NCBI GenBank assembly: GCA_038874435.1
Contig: JAVZCK010000009.1
Location: 22,977 to 86,976, forward strand
Direction of reading: 5' to 3'
DNA length: 64,000 nucleotides
From: Thermoplasmata archaeon
Lineage (GTDB): Archaea; Thermoplasmatota; Thermoplasmata; Lutacidiplasmatales; SKW197
A model generated the notes under the pieces. The model did no database searches. It was not told where the DNA came from and worked only from the letters and a program-made list of their open reading frames with translations. Positions 9,429 to 17,929 of the stretch are shown here, one piece after another; the first letter of the stretch is position 1; every line of letters starts with the position of its first letter. The position numbers were made by a program, and so were the translations under genes.

Positions 9429-12005
9429 ATGGCAGAGTGGTTTATTGACAGAGAGGTAGAAATCGCAGAACTTTCTGATGCACTGAAGATTGTGGATGAA
9501 CGCGGCGCCATGTACTTTATCACAGGGCCAACAGGAATGGGCAAGACCGCTCTCTGCACCCATCTGAGCAGGATTGCAGAAGAAAAAGGTTTTATGGTTT
9601 TGATTGGGAGATGTATCTATGAAAACACAGTACCATATTTCCCAATTTATGAGATGTTTAGTCGTATTGCAAACACCGAGAAGAAGGAAATATACATTCC
9701 ACTTGGTTTAAGCCTGCCCGAGAGTGAGGAAAAAACTCCAAGGAGTGGTTGGAAAAACCCTAACCAGGAAAAATTGATGGTGCTTGAGAATCTTATCCGA
9801 AAGTTCAATACAATTGCGAAAGAGAAGCCGGTGCTTCTGATACTTGAAGACATTCAATGGGCAGATTCAGGCACTCTAGCCCTTATACATTATCTTTCAA
9901 GAACGATTCAAAATATGCGAATGGTTGCCCTTGTAACCTACAATTCCGAAGGTCTAGCTACCAGAAAAAATGAAATTTTTGCAGAGACAGTTAAAAATAT
10001 CAACATAGAGAGAGGTTGTAAAACCCTTGAGCTTAAGGCATTCAATACAGACCAAACGGTGCACCTCCTCACAAAGATTCTCGGCACATGGAAGATGCCA
10101 GAAGAGCTTATTTCAAAAATATACACCCTTTCCGAAGGTAATCCCTTCTTTGTGGAGGAATTGGGTAGAACAATACTGGAAGAAAAAATTTTTGACAGGG
10201 CAAGTCGCAAATTAAACGCCAGCATGAGTGAGATAGACCTGCCCCAGAGCATCAGGAGTGTTGTCCAGCATAGAATCGCCAGATTGAGCGAGATTGAAAG
10301 AAAGGTATTGCTGATAGCAGCAGTTATTGGAAGAAGATTTGAGTACCCAGTACTTAGAGGTCTCGCAGACATGAAGGAAGATGAGTTGCTGAATGTCATT
10401 GATAGGTTGAGGGAGTTAGGAATAATTCAAGAGATTCAAGAGGGTGAGGAATGCTATGAATTCAGCTCAAACTTGGTCTGGGAGGCCGTCTATAAATCCA
10501 TTACTGGCCAACGAAAAAAATTGCTTCACAGAAACGCAGCAATAGAAATTGAGAAGCATCACCAGAACGAAAGCAGATATTGGGGGGAGATAGGGAGGCA
10601 TTACCTCCTTGGTGGAAACTTTGAAAATGGTGTAAAGTACCTGATTCTTGCAGCAAAACATGCAGCTGCCAGTTATGGAATTGAAGAGTGTTTCCGCAAC
10701 ATCTGTGAGGCAGAGAAGGGCTTGAAACAAATTCAGGAGGTAGAGGTAAGAGGGCAGTATGCAAATGAGGTCTACAGATTGCTTGGAGATTGTTATATCG
10801 TAAAAGGAGATTACTCTCGGGCAATAGAAAGTTATAATGCTGCACTGCAGCACTGTATGGACACACTGCAAAGGGTAAAAGTGTTAATAAAATTGACAGA
10901 ACCATACCTTAGAAAAGGAGACCTCACCAATGCTCTTGGTGTGCTGGAGAAGGCATTAGCAGAAGTGAAAAAAGAGGATTATCTCACCACCACAGAGATT
11001 TTCAGAAACATGGGCTGGGTGCATGAAAAGATGGGAAATTACAGGCGGGCTGTGGAATATTATGAAAAAAGTGTGGAACTCTGCAAAAAACATGGGGATG
11101 AAATTGAACTGGGTGAGTGCTGTCATCGGCTGGGAACTGGCTTGTTTTACCTCGGAGATTTTAAAAGAGCGAAGGAATGTTTAGAGAAAGGACTGGAAAT
11201 AAGAGTAAAGTATGGAATGAAAAAGGAGATTGCGATTTCTTACAATAACCTTGGAATTGTGCTGAACAACATGGGAGAACATGAATTAGCCCTTGATTAT
11301 TTTATGAGGGCAAAGAAAATCTGGGAGGACATGGGCGACTTGCTGGGTGTGGCTGCAGTCACAAACAACATTGCATTGATTTACGGTTTGAAGGGAGAAC
11401 GGCTTGAGGAGATTGAGTTTTACAAAAAAGTAGTTGAAATTGTAAGGCGAATCGGTGAGAAGGAGACAGAAATGATTGTGCTGACAAATATTGGACTTGC
11501 ATATGAGGACATTGGAGATTACAAAACAGCAATAGAGTGTTATCTTGCATCTATAGAACTTTCAAGGGAAATGGGTGAGAAGCGAATGCAGTCAAATACA
11601 ATGGGAAGCATGGCAACTGCTTATGCATACCTCGGACGGATTGAGGAGGCAATAGAGTATGCCCATTACGCAATTGGACTGGCTGAGGAAACTGGGAGCA
11701 TGGAATTTATTGGAAGTGCAAATGCAAGCATGGGCGAAGTCCTGCGAGTTGCGAAAAGATTTGAGATGGCAGAGGAGTATTTTATGAAAGCGTATGAAAT
11801 TTACAAAAAAATTGGCCTGGATGATGGTGTCAACACAATAAAATTTTATCTGGCAAAATTGTACATTGAGACTGGAAGATTAGAGGAAGCAAAGAAAAAT
11901 TTGGCTGAGGTGATGGCGTTTTACACCAGAACTGGAAACAAATCTATGTTGAGGAAGATTCAGAACGAGCTTGAAAAAGTGCACTCAAACATCGAAACAA
12001 CCTGA
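9429..12005 (+). CDS. STAND-class P-loop NTPase (AAA_16-like) with C-terminal TPR array, paralog 1
   Basis: ORF track, 858 aa. FIDREVEIAEL lead-in, Walker A GPTGMGKT, Walker B LLILEDIQWADSGT. The C-terminal half holds repeated 34-40-aa TPR-like units (YNNLGIVLNNMGEHELALDYF etc.). Confidence 0.8.
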   Translation: MAEWFIDREVEIAELSDALKIVDERGAMYFITGPTGMGKTALCTHLSRIAEEKGFMVLIGRCIYENTVPYFPIYEMFSRIANTEKKEIYIPLGLSLPESEEKTPRSGWKNPNQEKLMVLENLIRKFNTIAKEKPVLLILEDIQWADSGTLALIHYLSRTIQNMRMVALVTYNSEGLATRKNEIFAETVKNINIERGCKTLELKAFNTDQTVHLLTKILGTWKMPEELISKIYTLSEGNPFFVEELGRTILEEKIFDRASRKLNASMSEIDLPQSIRSVVQHRIARLSEIERKVLLIAAVIGRRFEYPVLRGLADMKEDELLNVIDRLRELGIIQEIQEGEECYEFSSNLVWEAVYKSITGQRKKLLHRNAAIEIEKHHQNESRYWGEIGRHYLLGGNFENGVKYLILAAKHAAASYGIEECFRNICEAEKGLKQIQEVEVRGQYANEVYRLLGDCYIVKGDYSRAIESYNAALQHCMDTLQRVKVLIKLTEPYLRKGDLTNALGVLEKALAEVKKEDYLTTTEIFRNMGWVHEKMGNYRRAVEYYEKSVELCKKHGDEIELGECCHRLGTGLFYLGDFKRAKECLEKGLEIRVKYGMKKEIAISYNNLGIVLNNMGEHELALDYFMRAKKIWEDMGDLLGVAAVTNNIALIYGLKGERLEEIEFYKKVVEIVRRIGEKETEMIVLTNIGLAYEDIGDYKTAIECYLASIELSREMGEKRMQSNTMGSMATAYAYLGRIEEAIEYAHYAIGLAEETGSMEFIGSANASMGEVLRVAKRFEMAEEYFMKAYEIYKKIGLDDGVNTIKFYLAKLYIETGRLEEAKKNLAEVMAFYTRTGNKSMLRKIQNELEKVHSNIETT

Positions 12006-12052
12006 TGTCTTTCTCCGATAAAATTAAGATTGGCTATGCCTTTGCCTGTTGC

Positions 12053-13192
12053 ATGAAAGTGACAATGATGGCATTGGAGTATCCTCCAAACATTTATGGG
12101 GGCGTTGGCATCCATCTGAAGTATCTAACAAGAGCCCTGCTGAAATTCATGGATGTGGAGGTGCGAACGATTGGAAATGAAAAGCCAAAGAATATGGATA
12201 GAGTTGCTGTGAAATATTTTGTTCCTTGGAAGGAGATGAGCGAAATAAAGGAGAGACATGGAAAAGTGCTGGAAACCCTCTCACTTTGCCTTTCCTTTGT
12301 GGCTGAGCCCATCGATGGAGATATTGTTCATACACACACCTGGTACACGAATCTTGCTGGCTTTTACGCAAAAAAGCTTTATGGAAAAAAAGTTTTAGCG
12401 ACTGTGCATTCACTTGAACCATTGCGACCATGGAAGGCAGAGCAGCTCGGCAGTGGTTACAATTTGAGTGTATGGATGGAGAAGACAGGGCTGGAGGAGT
12501 GCGACAGAATAATTGCTGTTTCTGGAGAAATGAAAAAAGACATCCAGAAGGTCTATGGGATTCCTGAAAACAGAATAGTTGTGATTCACAACGGAATTGA
12601 CATTGAAAAATACAGGAAAAGAGAGAATGAGGCGCTGCTTTCAAATTTAGGTGTAAAGAAACCCTACATTCTTTTTGTGGGGCGGCTTACAAGACAGAAA
12701 GGGATTTTCGAGCTTGTGGAAGCAATGAAGAAAGTCAAAGATACACTGGTGCTGGTTACAGGAAAGCCAGATACTGCTGAAATAGAGGCGGAACTTGCTG
12801 CAAAACTCAAGGGAATGGAGAACATTATTTGGCTTAACCGAATGCTTTCTGAAGAAGAAATAATTGCTCTTTATTCCAGTGCCCAACTTTTCGTCTGTCC
12901 TTCAATTTACGAGCCATTTGGCATCATCAATCTTGAGGCAATGGCCTGCGGTGCCCCAGTTGTGGCCTCAGCAGTAGGTGGAATAAAAGAGGTTATTCAG
13001 GAGGGAAAGAACGGTGTGCTTGTCGAGCCAGGAAATGTAGAATCACTGGTAGAGGGAATTGAGAAGGTTTTGAGAGATGATGAATTCAGGGCAAGATTGG
13101 TTGCCGAGGGAAGAAAACGGGCAGAGGAATTTGCCTGGGAGCGTATTGCAGAGAAAACTTTTTCGCTATACAGGGAGGTTGTAGGAGAATGA
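12053..13192 (+). CDS. GT4 glycosyltransferase, GlgM-like (alpha-maltose-1-phosphate synthase / glycogen synthase-like)
   Basis: ORF 12005..13192. I prefer ATG 12053 (MKVTMMALEYPPNIYGGVGIHLKYL) because it resembles the N-terminus of mycobacterial GlgM (REYPPxVYGGAGVH). C-terminal EPFGIINLEAMACGAPVVASAVGGIKEV is the GT4 signature. Confidence 0.7.
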   Translation: MKVTMMALEYPPNIYGGVGIHLKYLTRALLKFMDVEVRTIGNEKPKNMDRVAVKYFVPWKEMSEIKERHGKVLETLSLCLSFVAEPIDGDIVHTHTWYTNLAGFYAKKLYGKKVLATVHSLEPLRPWKAEQLGSGYNLSVWMEKTGLEECDRIIAVSGEMKKDIQKVYGIPENRIVVIHNGIDIEKYRKRENEALLSNLGVKKPYILFVGRLTRQKGIFELVEAMKKVKDTLVLVTGKPDTAEIEAELAAKLKGMENIIWLNRMLSEEEIIALYSSAQLFVCPSIYEPFGIINLEAMACGAPVVASAVGGIKEVIQEGKNGVLVEPGNVESLVEGIEKVLRDDEFRARLVAEGRKRAEEFAWERIAEKTFSLYREVVGE

Positions 13193-14727
13193 TTTCAAAT
13201 AAGGAACTTGAAATTTTTATAAATGGGGAGTTACGAAAGCAAAGATGGTTTGGACAGAAACTTGAAAAAATTAGTGTGGGGATTGAGGACAGAATCCCTG
13301 CCTATACCACAGAAAATCTAGGAGTTGAATTTTTTATTTTAAAAACGAAGCCGGGCAATAAAAGATATTTTGTGCCAATTGCATTTGCAAAAAGTGCCTT
13401 CCAGATTTTTGAGGCAGGGGCATCTGTGCATACATTGAAAAAAGGCAATGGAAACATTCATGTGTTTGAGGCAGAATATCTGGATGTTTTTCCCTCAATC
13501 ATTTACAGAATGTTTGAAGATGGAGAAAGATTTGCGGGTAAAAAATCGGAAATCAGTTTTGTGCTGAGACAGAACATAAGGGGATTGAAGGTGCGAAAAG
13601 GAGAGGTGATTGGCGGAGATACTACAAACTTCAACTTGAAGCTTCTAACATCAGAAAGAACCATGGTGCTTAAAACCTATAGGACCTTTGATGCTGATAA
13701 CCCTGAGGTAGAAATGCTGCTCCAGCTTTCTAACTTTAAAAATGTGCCCCATGTTCTTGGTTATGCCGAGGTTTCAATCGGTGGTAAAGTTGCAAATGGC
13801 TTCCTGCTGATGGAATTTTTAGAATGTGCAGGCGATGGAATAAAAGCATTCATGAAGGATTTGAATTTCCTCCTTAATAGCGATAGGCCAGAAGGGAAAA
13901 ACGCAGTGATGCAACATTCTGAGGGGCTTGCAGCTAAACTTGGAAAAACCACTGCGGAGATGCATGTTCATTTAATTGGAGAGGATGAGAAGTTTCAGCC
14001 AGAAATCATAACGGAAGAGGACATTGAGCGATGGAAAAGCAGAATTCTCTCAAATCTGAACTACTGCCTTGAAAAAATTCAGAAGTTACCTGCAGCTCAC
14101 AGCCATAGCACTGCAATCCAGAAAATGGCAGAAGAAATTGAGAAGGAGATGGTTGCAAAGCACCTTGAAGAGGCAGGCGAATTTGCGGGCTTGCAAAAGA
14201 TAAGAACCCATCAGGACTACCATCTGGGGCAGGTGCTATATGGAAAGGAGGAAAACTTTTATGTCCTGGATTTTGAGGGGGAGCCGGGAAGAAAGGGTGC
14301 TGAGCGGAGAGAGAAACTGCCACCGTTGCGGGATGTGGCGACAATGCTCCGTTCCTTTGCCTATCTCAAACACCTTGCTTTCAGAAACTATCTTGAAGAA
14401 CGGCTTTCCATAACTGGCGAAAGAGAAAAACTCTGCTGGGCACCCCTTGTTCTTACGGGGATAGATGTTGATTTGTGGATAGATGAAAAAGTGGCAGAAA
14501 TGCTGAATTTGTATGAAGAAAAAACTGGAAATGCCTTTGTAAAAAACTACATACAGAAAATGCGAGAACTTAATTCCTCACTTGTGCCTGAGATTGAACT
14601 AAGCAAAAAAATGCTGAAATTCTGGAAAATCGAAAAAGCGATTTATGAGCTAAAATATGAACTTGAATACAGAGTGGAGTATGCAGGAATACCAATTGCA
14701 GGGATTCTGGAAGAGCTAAGAGATTAA
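13189..14727 (+). CDS. mak: Maltokinase-like (Mak/Pep2 family) kinase
   Basis: ORF track, 512 aa, ATGA overlap with the upstream gene. Catalytic loop THQDYHLGQVLY, VLDFEGEPGRKGAERREKLPPLRDVATMLRSFAY and C-terminal KAIYELKYELEYRVEYAGIPI match conserved maltokinase motifs. Confidence 0.75.
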   Translation: MISNKELEIFINGELRKQRWFGQKLEKISVGIEDRIPAYTTENLGVEFFILKTKPGNKRYFVPIAFAKSAFQIFEAGASVHTLKKGNGNIHVFEAEYLDVFPSIIYRMFEDGERFAGKKSEISFVLRQNIRGLKVRKGEVIGGDTTNFNLKLLTSERTMVLKTYRTFDADNPEVEMLLQLSNFKNVPHVLGYAEVSIGGKVANGFLLMEFLECAGDGIKAFMKDLNFLLNSDRPEGKNAVMQHSEGLAAKLGKTTAEMHVHLIGEDEKFQPEIITEEDIERWKSRILSNLNYCLEKIQKLPAAHSHSTAIQKMAEEIEKEMVAKHLEEAGEFAGLQKIRTHQDYHLGQVLYGKEENFYVLDFEGEPGRKGAERREKLPPLRDVATMLRSFAYLKHLAFRNYLEERLSITGEREKLCWAPLVLTGIDVDLWIDEKVAEMLNLYEEKTGNAFVKNYIQKMRELNSSLVPEIELSKKMLKFWKIEKAIYELKYELEYRVEYAGIPIAGILEELRD

Positions 14728-14754
14728 CTTTTACTTTAGCTTTTCTGATGTAAT

Positions 14755-15087
14755 TTACTGCACAAACTTTATCTCTGTCTTTTCGTATTCTGGCTTTGTG
14801 TAATCTGGAAGAATGTCAATCACTTTCTTTGGGCAAACTTCCACGCACATTGCACACTGGATACACCTGAAGGGTTCAAGCGTGTTTGTCTTGCTTGCCT
14901 TATCCACCTTGATTGCATTTGCCGGGCAGTTTCGCATGCACAGACCACAAAAAACGCAGTCCTTCATCCTTGCAAACACAATATGGCCCCTTGCTGTGGG
15001 AAATGGTGCCCTTTTCTCAAACGGGTATTTCCTGGTTACTGGCTTTGAAAGCAGGTTTCTCAAAATGAGTGAAATCATGCCTGGCAT
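14755..15087 (-). CDS. echF: Ech hydrogenase 2x[4Fe-4S] ferredoxin subunit (EchF / NuoI-like)
   Basis: ORF 14755..15201 overlaps echE. The internal ATG 15087..15085 is preceded by GAGGTG (15098..15093). Two CxxCxxCxxxCP motifs (CVFCGLCMRNCP, CIQCAMCVEVCP). Confidence 0.8.
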   Translation of the reverse strand: MPGMISLILRNLLSKPVTRKYPFEKRAPFPTARGHIVFARMKDCVFCGLCMRNCPANAIKVDKASKTNTLEPFRCIQCAMCVEVCPKKVIDILPDYTKPEYEKTEIKFVQ

Positions 15088-15091
15088 TTTT

Positions 15092-16168
15092 TCACCTCTC
15101 TGTGCAGGAAATGCACGGGTCAATTGAAAGCACAACCACCGGCACATTTGCAAACTCACAGCCCTTGCTGAGCATTGTGATTGTGGGCCAGATATTTGCA
15201 AATGTGGGCGTTCGCACCTTCACCCGCTCCAGATTCTTTGTTCCGTTGCCCTTGAGATAGTAGAAAAGCTCGCCTCTGGGCGGCTCAACACGAATAACGC
15301 ATTCCCCCTTTGGCAACGCTGTGGACTTGGTAATTATATCCCCTGGCGGCATCTTAGATAGCGATTCTCTTATTAACTCAATTGACTGGAACATTTCCTT
15401 CCATCTCACAACTGCCCTGCCATAGCTGTCACAGGTGTCTACAACAACTGGCTTAAAATCAAGATCGCCATAGGCATCGTAGCCAAGCATCCTCATGTCA
15501 TATGGCACATTAGATGCTCTTGCGGTGGGTCCCACAGCCCCATCCCGTTTTGCCTCCTTTTCTGTAAGCACACCTACACCTTTAGTGCGTTTCACGAGTG
15601 TGTAGTCCTTGAGCACATCCGCCACACTCTTCAGTGCTTCCTCCAGAAAGTCCATTACTTTGTTTACCTCTTTTGCCTGCTCTTCACTAATGTCTCTTCG
15701 CACGCCCCCAATCGCATTCATAGAATAAGTCACCCGATTCCCTGTTATTTTCTCCAGCACATCCATCAGCTTTTCCCTGTAGTTCCAGACCTGCATGAAG
15801 TAACTCTCAAATCCAATCGCATCTCCAAGCAATCCAAACCAGAGCATATGGGAATGCAACCTGTTCATTTCATTGATAATCACTCTGATGTATCTTGCCC
15901 TCGCTGGTGCCTCAATTCCCATCAATCGCTCCACGCCTAGTACATACGCAGTGCTGTGCGGGGACTGGCAAATACCACAAATTCTTTCAGCCAAAAAAAT
16001 GTTTTTCTTAAGTTCGTTCAGCTCAAATGCCTTCTCAATACCTCTGTGAACATACCCAATCACAGGTTCTGCACCCACTACAAATTCATCCTCAACTTTG
16101 AGTTTGAACTGGATTGGTTCTGGAAAAACCACATGTTGAGGCCCGAATGTGAGCACTGTCTTTGCCAT
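15092..16168 (-). CDS. echE: Group 4 [NiFe]-hydrogenase large subunit (EchE / NuoD-like)
   Basis: ORF track, 358 aa. N-terminal Ni-binding motif RICGICQSPH and C-terminal DPCISCTER. Size is typical of EchE. Confidence 0.85.
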   Translation of the reverse strand: MAKTVLTFGPQHVVFPEPIQFKLKVEDEFVVGAEPVIGYVHRGIEKAFELNELKKNIFLAERICGICQSPHSTAYVLGVERLMGIEAPARARYIRVIINEMNRLHSHMLWFGLLGDAIGFESYFMQVWNYREKLMDVLEKITGNRVTYSMNAIGGVRRDISEEQAKEVNKVMDFLEEALKSVADVLKDYTLVKRTKGVGVLTEKEAKRDGAVGPTARASNVPYDMRMLGYDAYGDLDFKPVVVDTCDSYGRAVVRWKEMFQSIELIRESLSKMPPGDIITKSTALPKGECVIRVEPPRGELFYYLKGNGTKNLERVKVRTPTFANIWPTITMLSKGCEFANVPVVVLSIDPCISCTER

Positions 16169-16531
16169 CTATTTCACCCCCTTCTTTTCCTCTTTCTTCT
16201 TTCGCAATGGCGCCTTCGGAGAATCAGGTGCCAGCAGCATTCCATGTGGAATCCCCTTAATTTTTGCCTCAAACATATCAACAATTTCGCATTCTATAAG
16301 GGTAGCGCAGGGATAAATACTGCTTATAGAAGGAATCTCCTCATCTGGAGAGAACTGCAGCCTCAGATTTACCAGATTTGGCTTTTCCCCGAGTGTGTCA
16401 AAATGATAAATTATTTCCAGTTTTTCCCCCAAGTCCACACAGGTAGCAATTACAAATCTGGCATCATTTTCTGCAAGTTTCTTTACCTCATCCAGCAAAT
16501 TTTCCTTTGTAACAACAGTATCATTTTCCAT
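16169..16531 (-). CDS. echD: Ech hydrogenase small soluble subunit (EchD-like)
   Basis: ORF track, 120 aa. Lies between the small- and large-subunit genes, exactly as echD does in echABCDEF. Lys/Glu-rich C-terminal tail. The call rests on position and size. Confidence 0.55.
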   Translation of the reverse strand: MENDTVVTKENLLDEVKKLAENDARFVIATCVDLGEKLEIIYHFDTLGEKPNLVNLRLQFSPDEEIPSISSIYPCATLIECEIVDMFEAKIKGIPHGMLLAPDSPKAPLRKKKEEKKGVK

Positions 16532-16533
16532 AA

Positions 16534-17058
16534 TTATTCCTCCTCCTTCTTTTCCTCTTTTTCTTTCTTCTTTTCTTCTTTGCCTTTCTTCTTCTCAACC
16601 CACTTACCCTCCTGAATTGCCTTCAGTTTCTCAAGTGCCTTCACCACACCATCAATTATTGCTTCTGGTTTAGGGGGACACCCCGGCACATAGACATCCA
16701 CTGGTATCACCTTATCAACACCGCCCAGCACATTGTAGCAGTTGTGGAAGACGCCACCTGTTGAACCGCATGCACCTACAACAATCACAACCTTGGGTGG
16801 TGGAATCTGGTCATAGAGATTCTTCAAAACCACCTTGTTTCTGTGGTTCACGCTGCCAGTTACCATCAGAACATCTGCATGCTTTGGATTTCCCTTGTTC
16901 AAAATCCCAAAACGCTCAATATCGTAATAGGGAGTCAAGCATGCCAGAATTTCAATATCACAGCCATTGCAACTTGAACAGTCATAGTGCAGAATCCATG
17001 GCGATTTCAACCTTGAAAGCTTTGTGAGGGCTCCATCCTCATCAGGCATTTTATGCAC
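16534..17058 (-). CDS. echC: Group 4 [NiFe]-hydrogenase small subunit (EchC / NuoB-like)
   Basis: ORF track, 174 aa. CNGCDIE, GACGSTGG and VPGCPPKPEAI motifs of NuoB-type [4Fe-4S] subunits. Unusual KE-rich tail KKKGKEEKKKEKEEKKEEE. Confidence 0.85.
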   Translation of the reverse strand: MHKMPDEDGALTKLSRLKSPWILHYDCSSCNGCDIEILACLTPYYDIERFGILNKGNPKHADVLMVTGSVNHRNKVVLKNLYDQIPPPKVVIVVGACGSTGGVFHNCYNVLGGVDKVIPVDVYVPGCPPKPEAIIDGVVKALEKLKAIQEGKWVEKKKGKEEKKKEKEEKKEEE

Positions 17059-17929
17059 CTCCTGCTGTCACTGCTACATATATCATGTTGATTATTATTA
17101 AACCTATTCCAATCGGCAATGCCACCTTTGGTAACGAATCCCATGTCAATCTCGTGGTGATGTTGTCAATTATCATCACTACCAGGTAAACAACTGCAAT
17201 TAGCAAAACCATAGCCACAATTGAAAGCAGGAAATTGCCAGGCACAATCACGAAAAGCCCAAGCACACCAAGAATTACAAAGAGTTCATACCAGTGCGTG
17301 AGCTTTAGAATTCCAAGGTAGGTGCCAGAATATTCTACCATTGTGCCTGAAATTATTTCTGTGTGCGCTGTAGAAATGTCAAAAGGCGATTTCTGCATCT
17401 TTATCATCAACACAATCACCATTGCCACCAGTGCAAGTGGAAGCTTGAGAATAAGAGGCTCGTAAATTGCTGTAATCTCAAAGCTCTTCACCGTGTAGCC
17501 AATCCCGAATATCACGAGCAGGAAAATTGGCTCATATGCGAGCATCTGGACTAACTCTCGGTTTGCACCAATCGCACTGAAGGCGGAGCGTGTGCTATAA
17601 GCACCAAGTACCATGAAAACTGCACCCGCATTCAGTAGGAAGAAGACCACGAGCAAATCGCTTCGAAGGCAGAAGAAGACTGTAGCTAGCATGACCATTC
17701 CAAAGAATGCAATCGCAAAAATTACCTGGGCTTTGTTCACTATTCTATCCTCCTTCCCGAAGAGTTTCACAACATCGTAGAGGGGCTGGAGCACAGGAGG
17801 ACCTATTCTATTCTGCATTCTTGCAGTAATCTTTCTGTCAAGCCCAATCACGAGCATCCCAATGAAAGGTGCCAGCAGGAAAAACACGATTCCAAGAATT
17901 GTTGTGTAGTCAACCATTACTTCCACCAT
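17051..17929 (-). CDS. echB: Ech hydrogenase integral membrane subunit (EchB / NuoH-like)
   Basis: ORF track, 292 aa, polytopic. Includes QNRIGPP and PFD(I/L) motifs typical of NuoH/HycD-like subunits. Confidence 0.8.
   Translation of the reverse strand: MVEVMVDYTTILGIVFFLLAPFIGMLVIGLDRKITARMQNRIGPPVLQPLYDVVKLFGKEDRIVNKAQVIFAIAFFGMVMLATVFFCLRSDLLVVFFLLNAGAVFMVLGAYSTRSAFSAIGANRELVQMLAYEPIFLLVIFGIGYTVKSFEITAIYEPLILKLPLALVAMVIVLMIKMQKSPFDISTAHTEIISGTMVEYSGTYLGILKLTHWYELFVILGVLGLFVIVPGNFLLSIVAMVLLIAVVYLVVMIIDNITTRLTWDSLPKVALPIGIGLIIINMIYVAVTAGGA

Noticed and set aside
10467-10905. Pairs of 134-aa antisense ORFs inside STAND paralog 1, with similar antisense ORFs in paralogs 2 and 3 (50737..51396, 54233..54781) and in the IleRS, pgk and FolC genes
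   Set aside because: They lie opposite strongly supported genes, have biased Cys/Ser/Leu/Phe composition, and have no start-site context. These are typical shadow ORFs.
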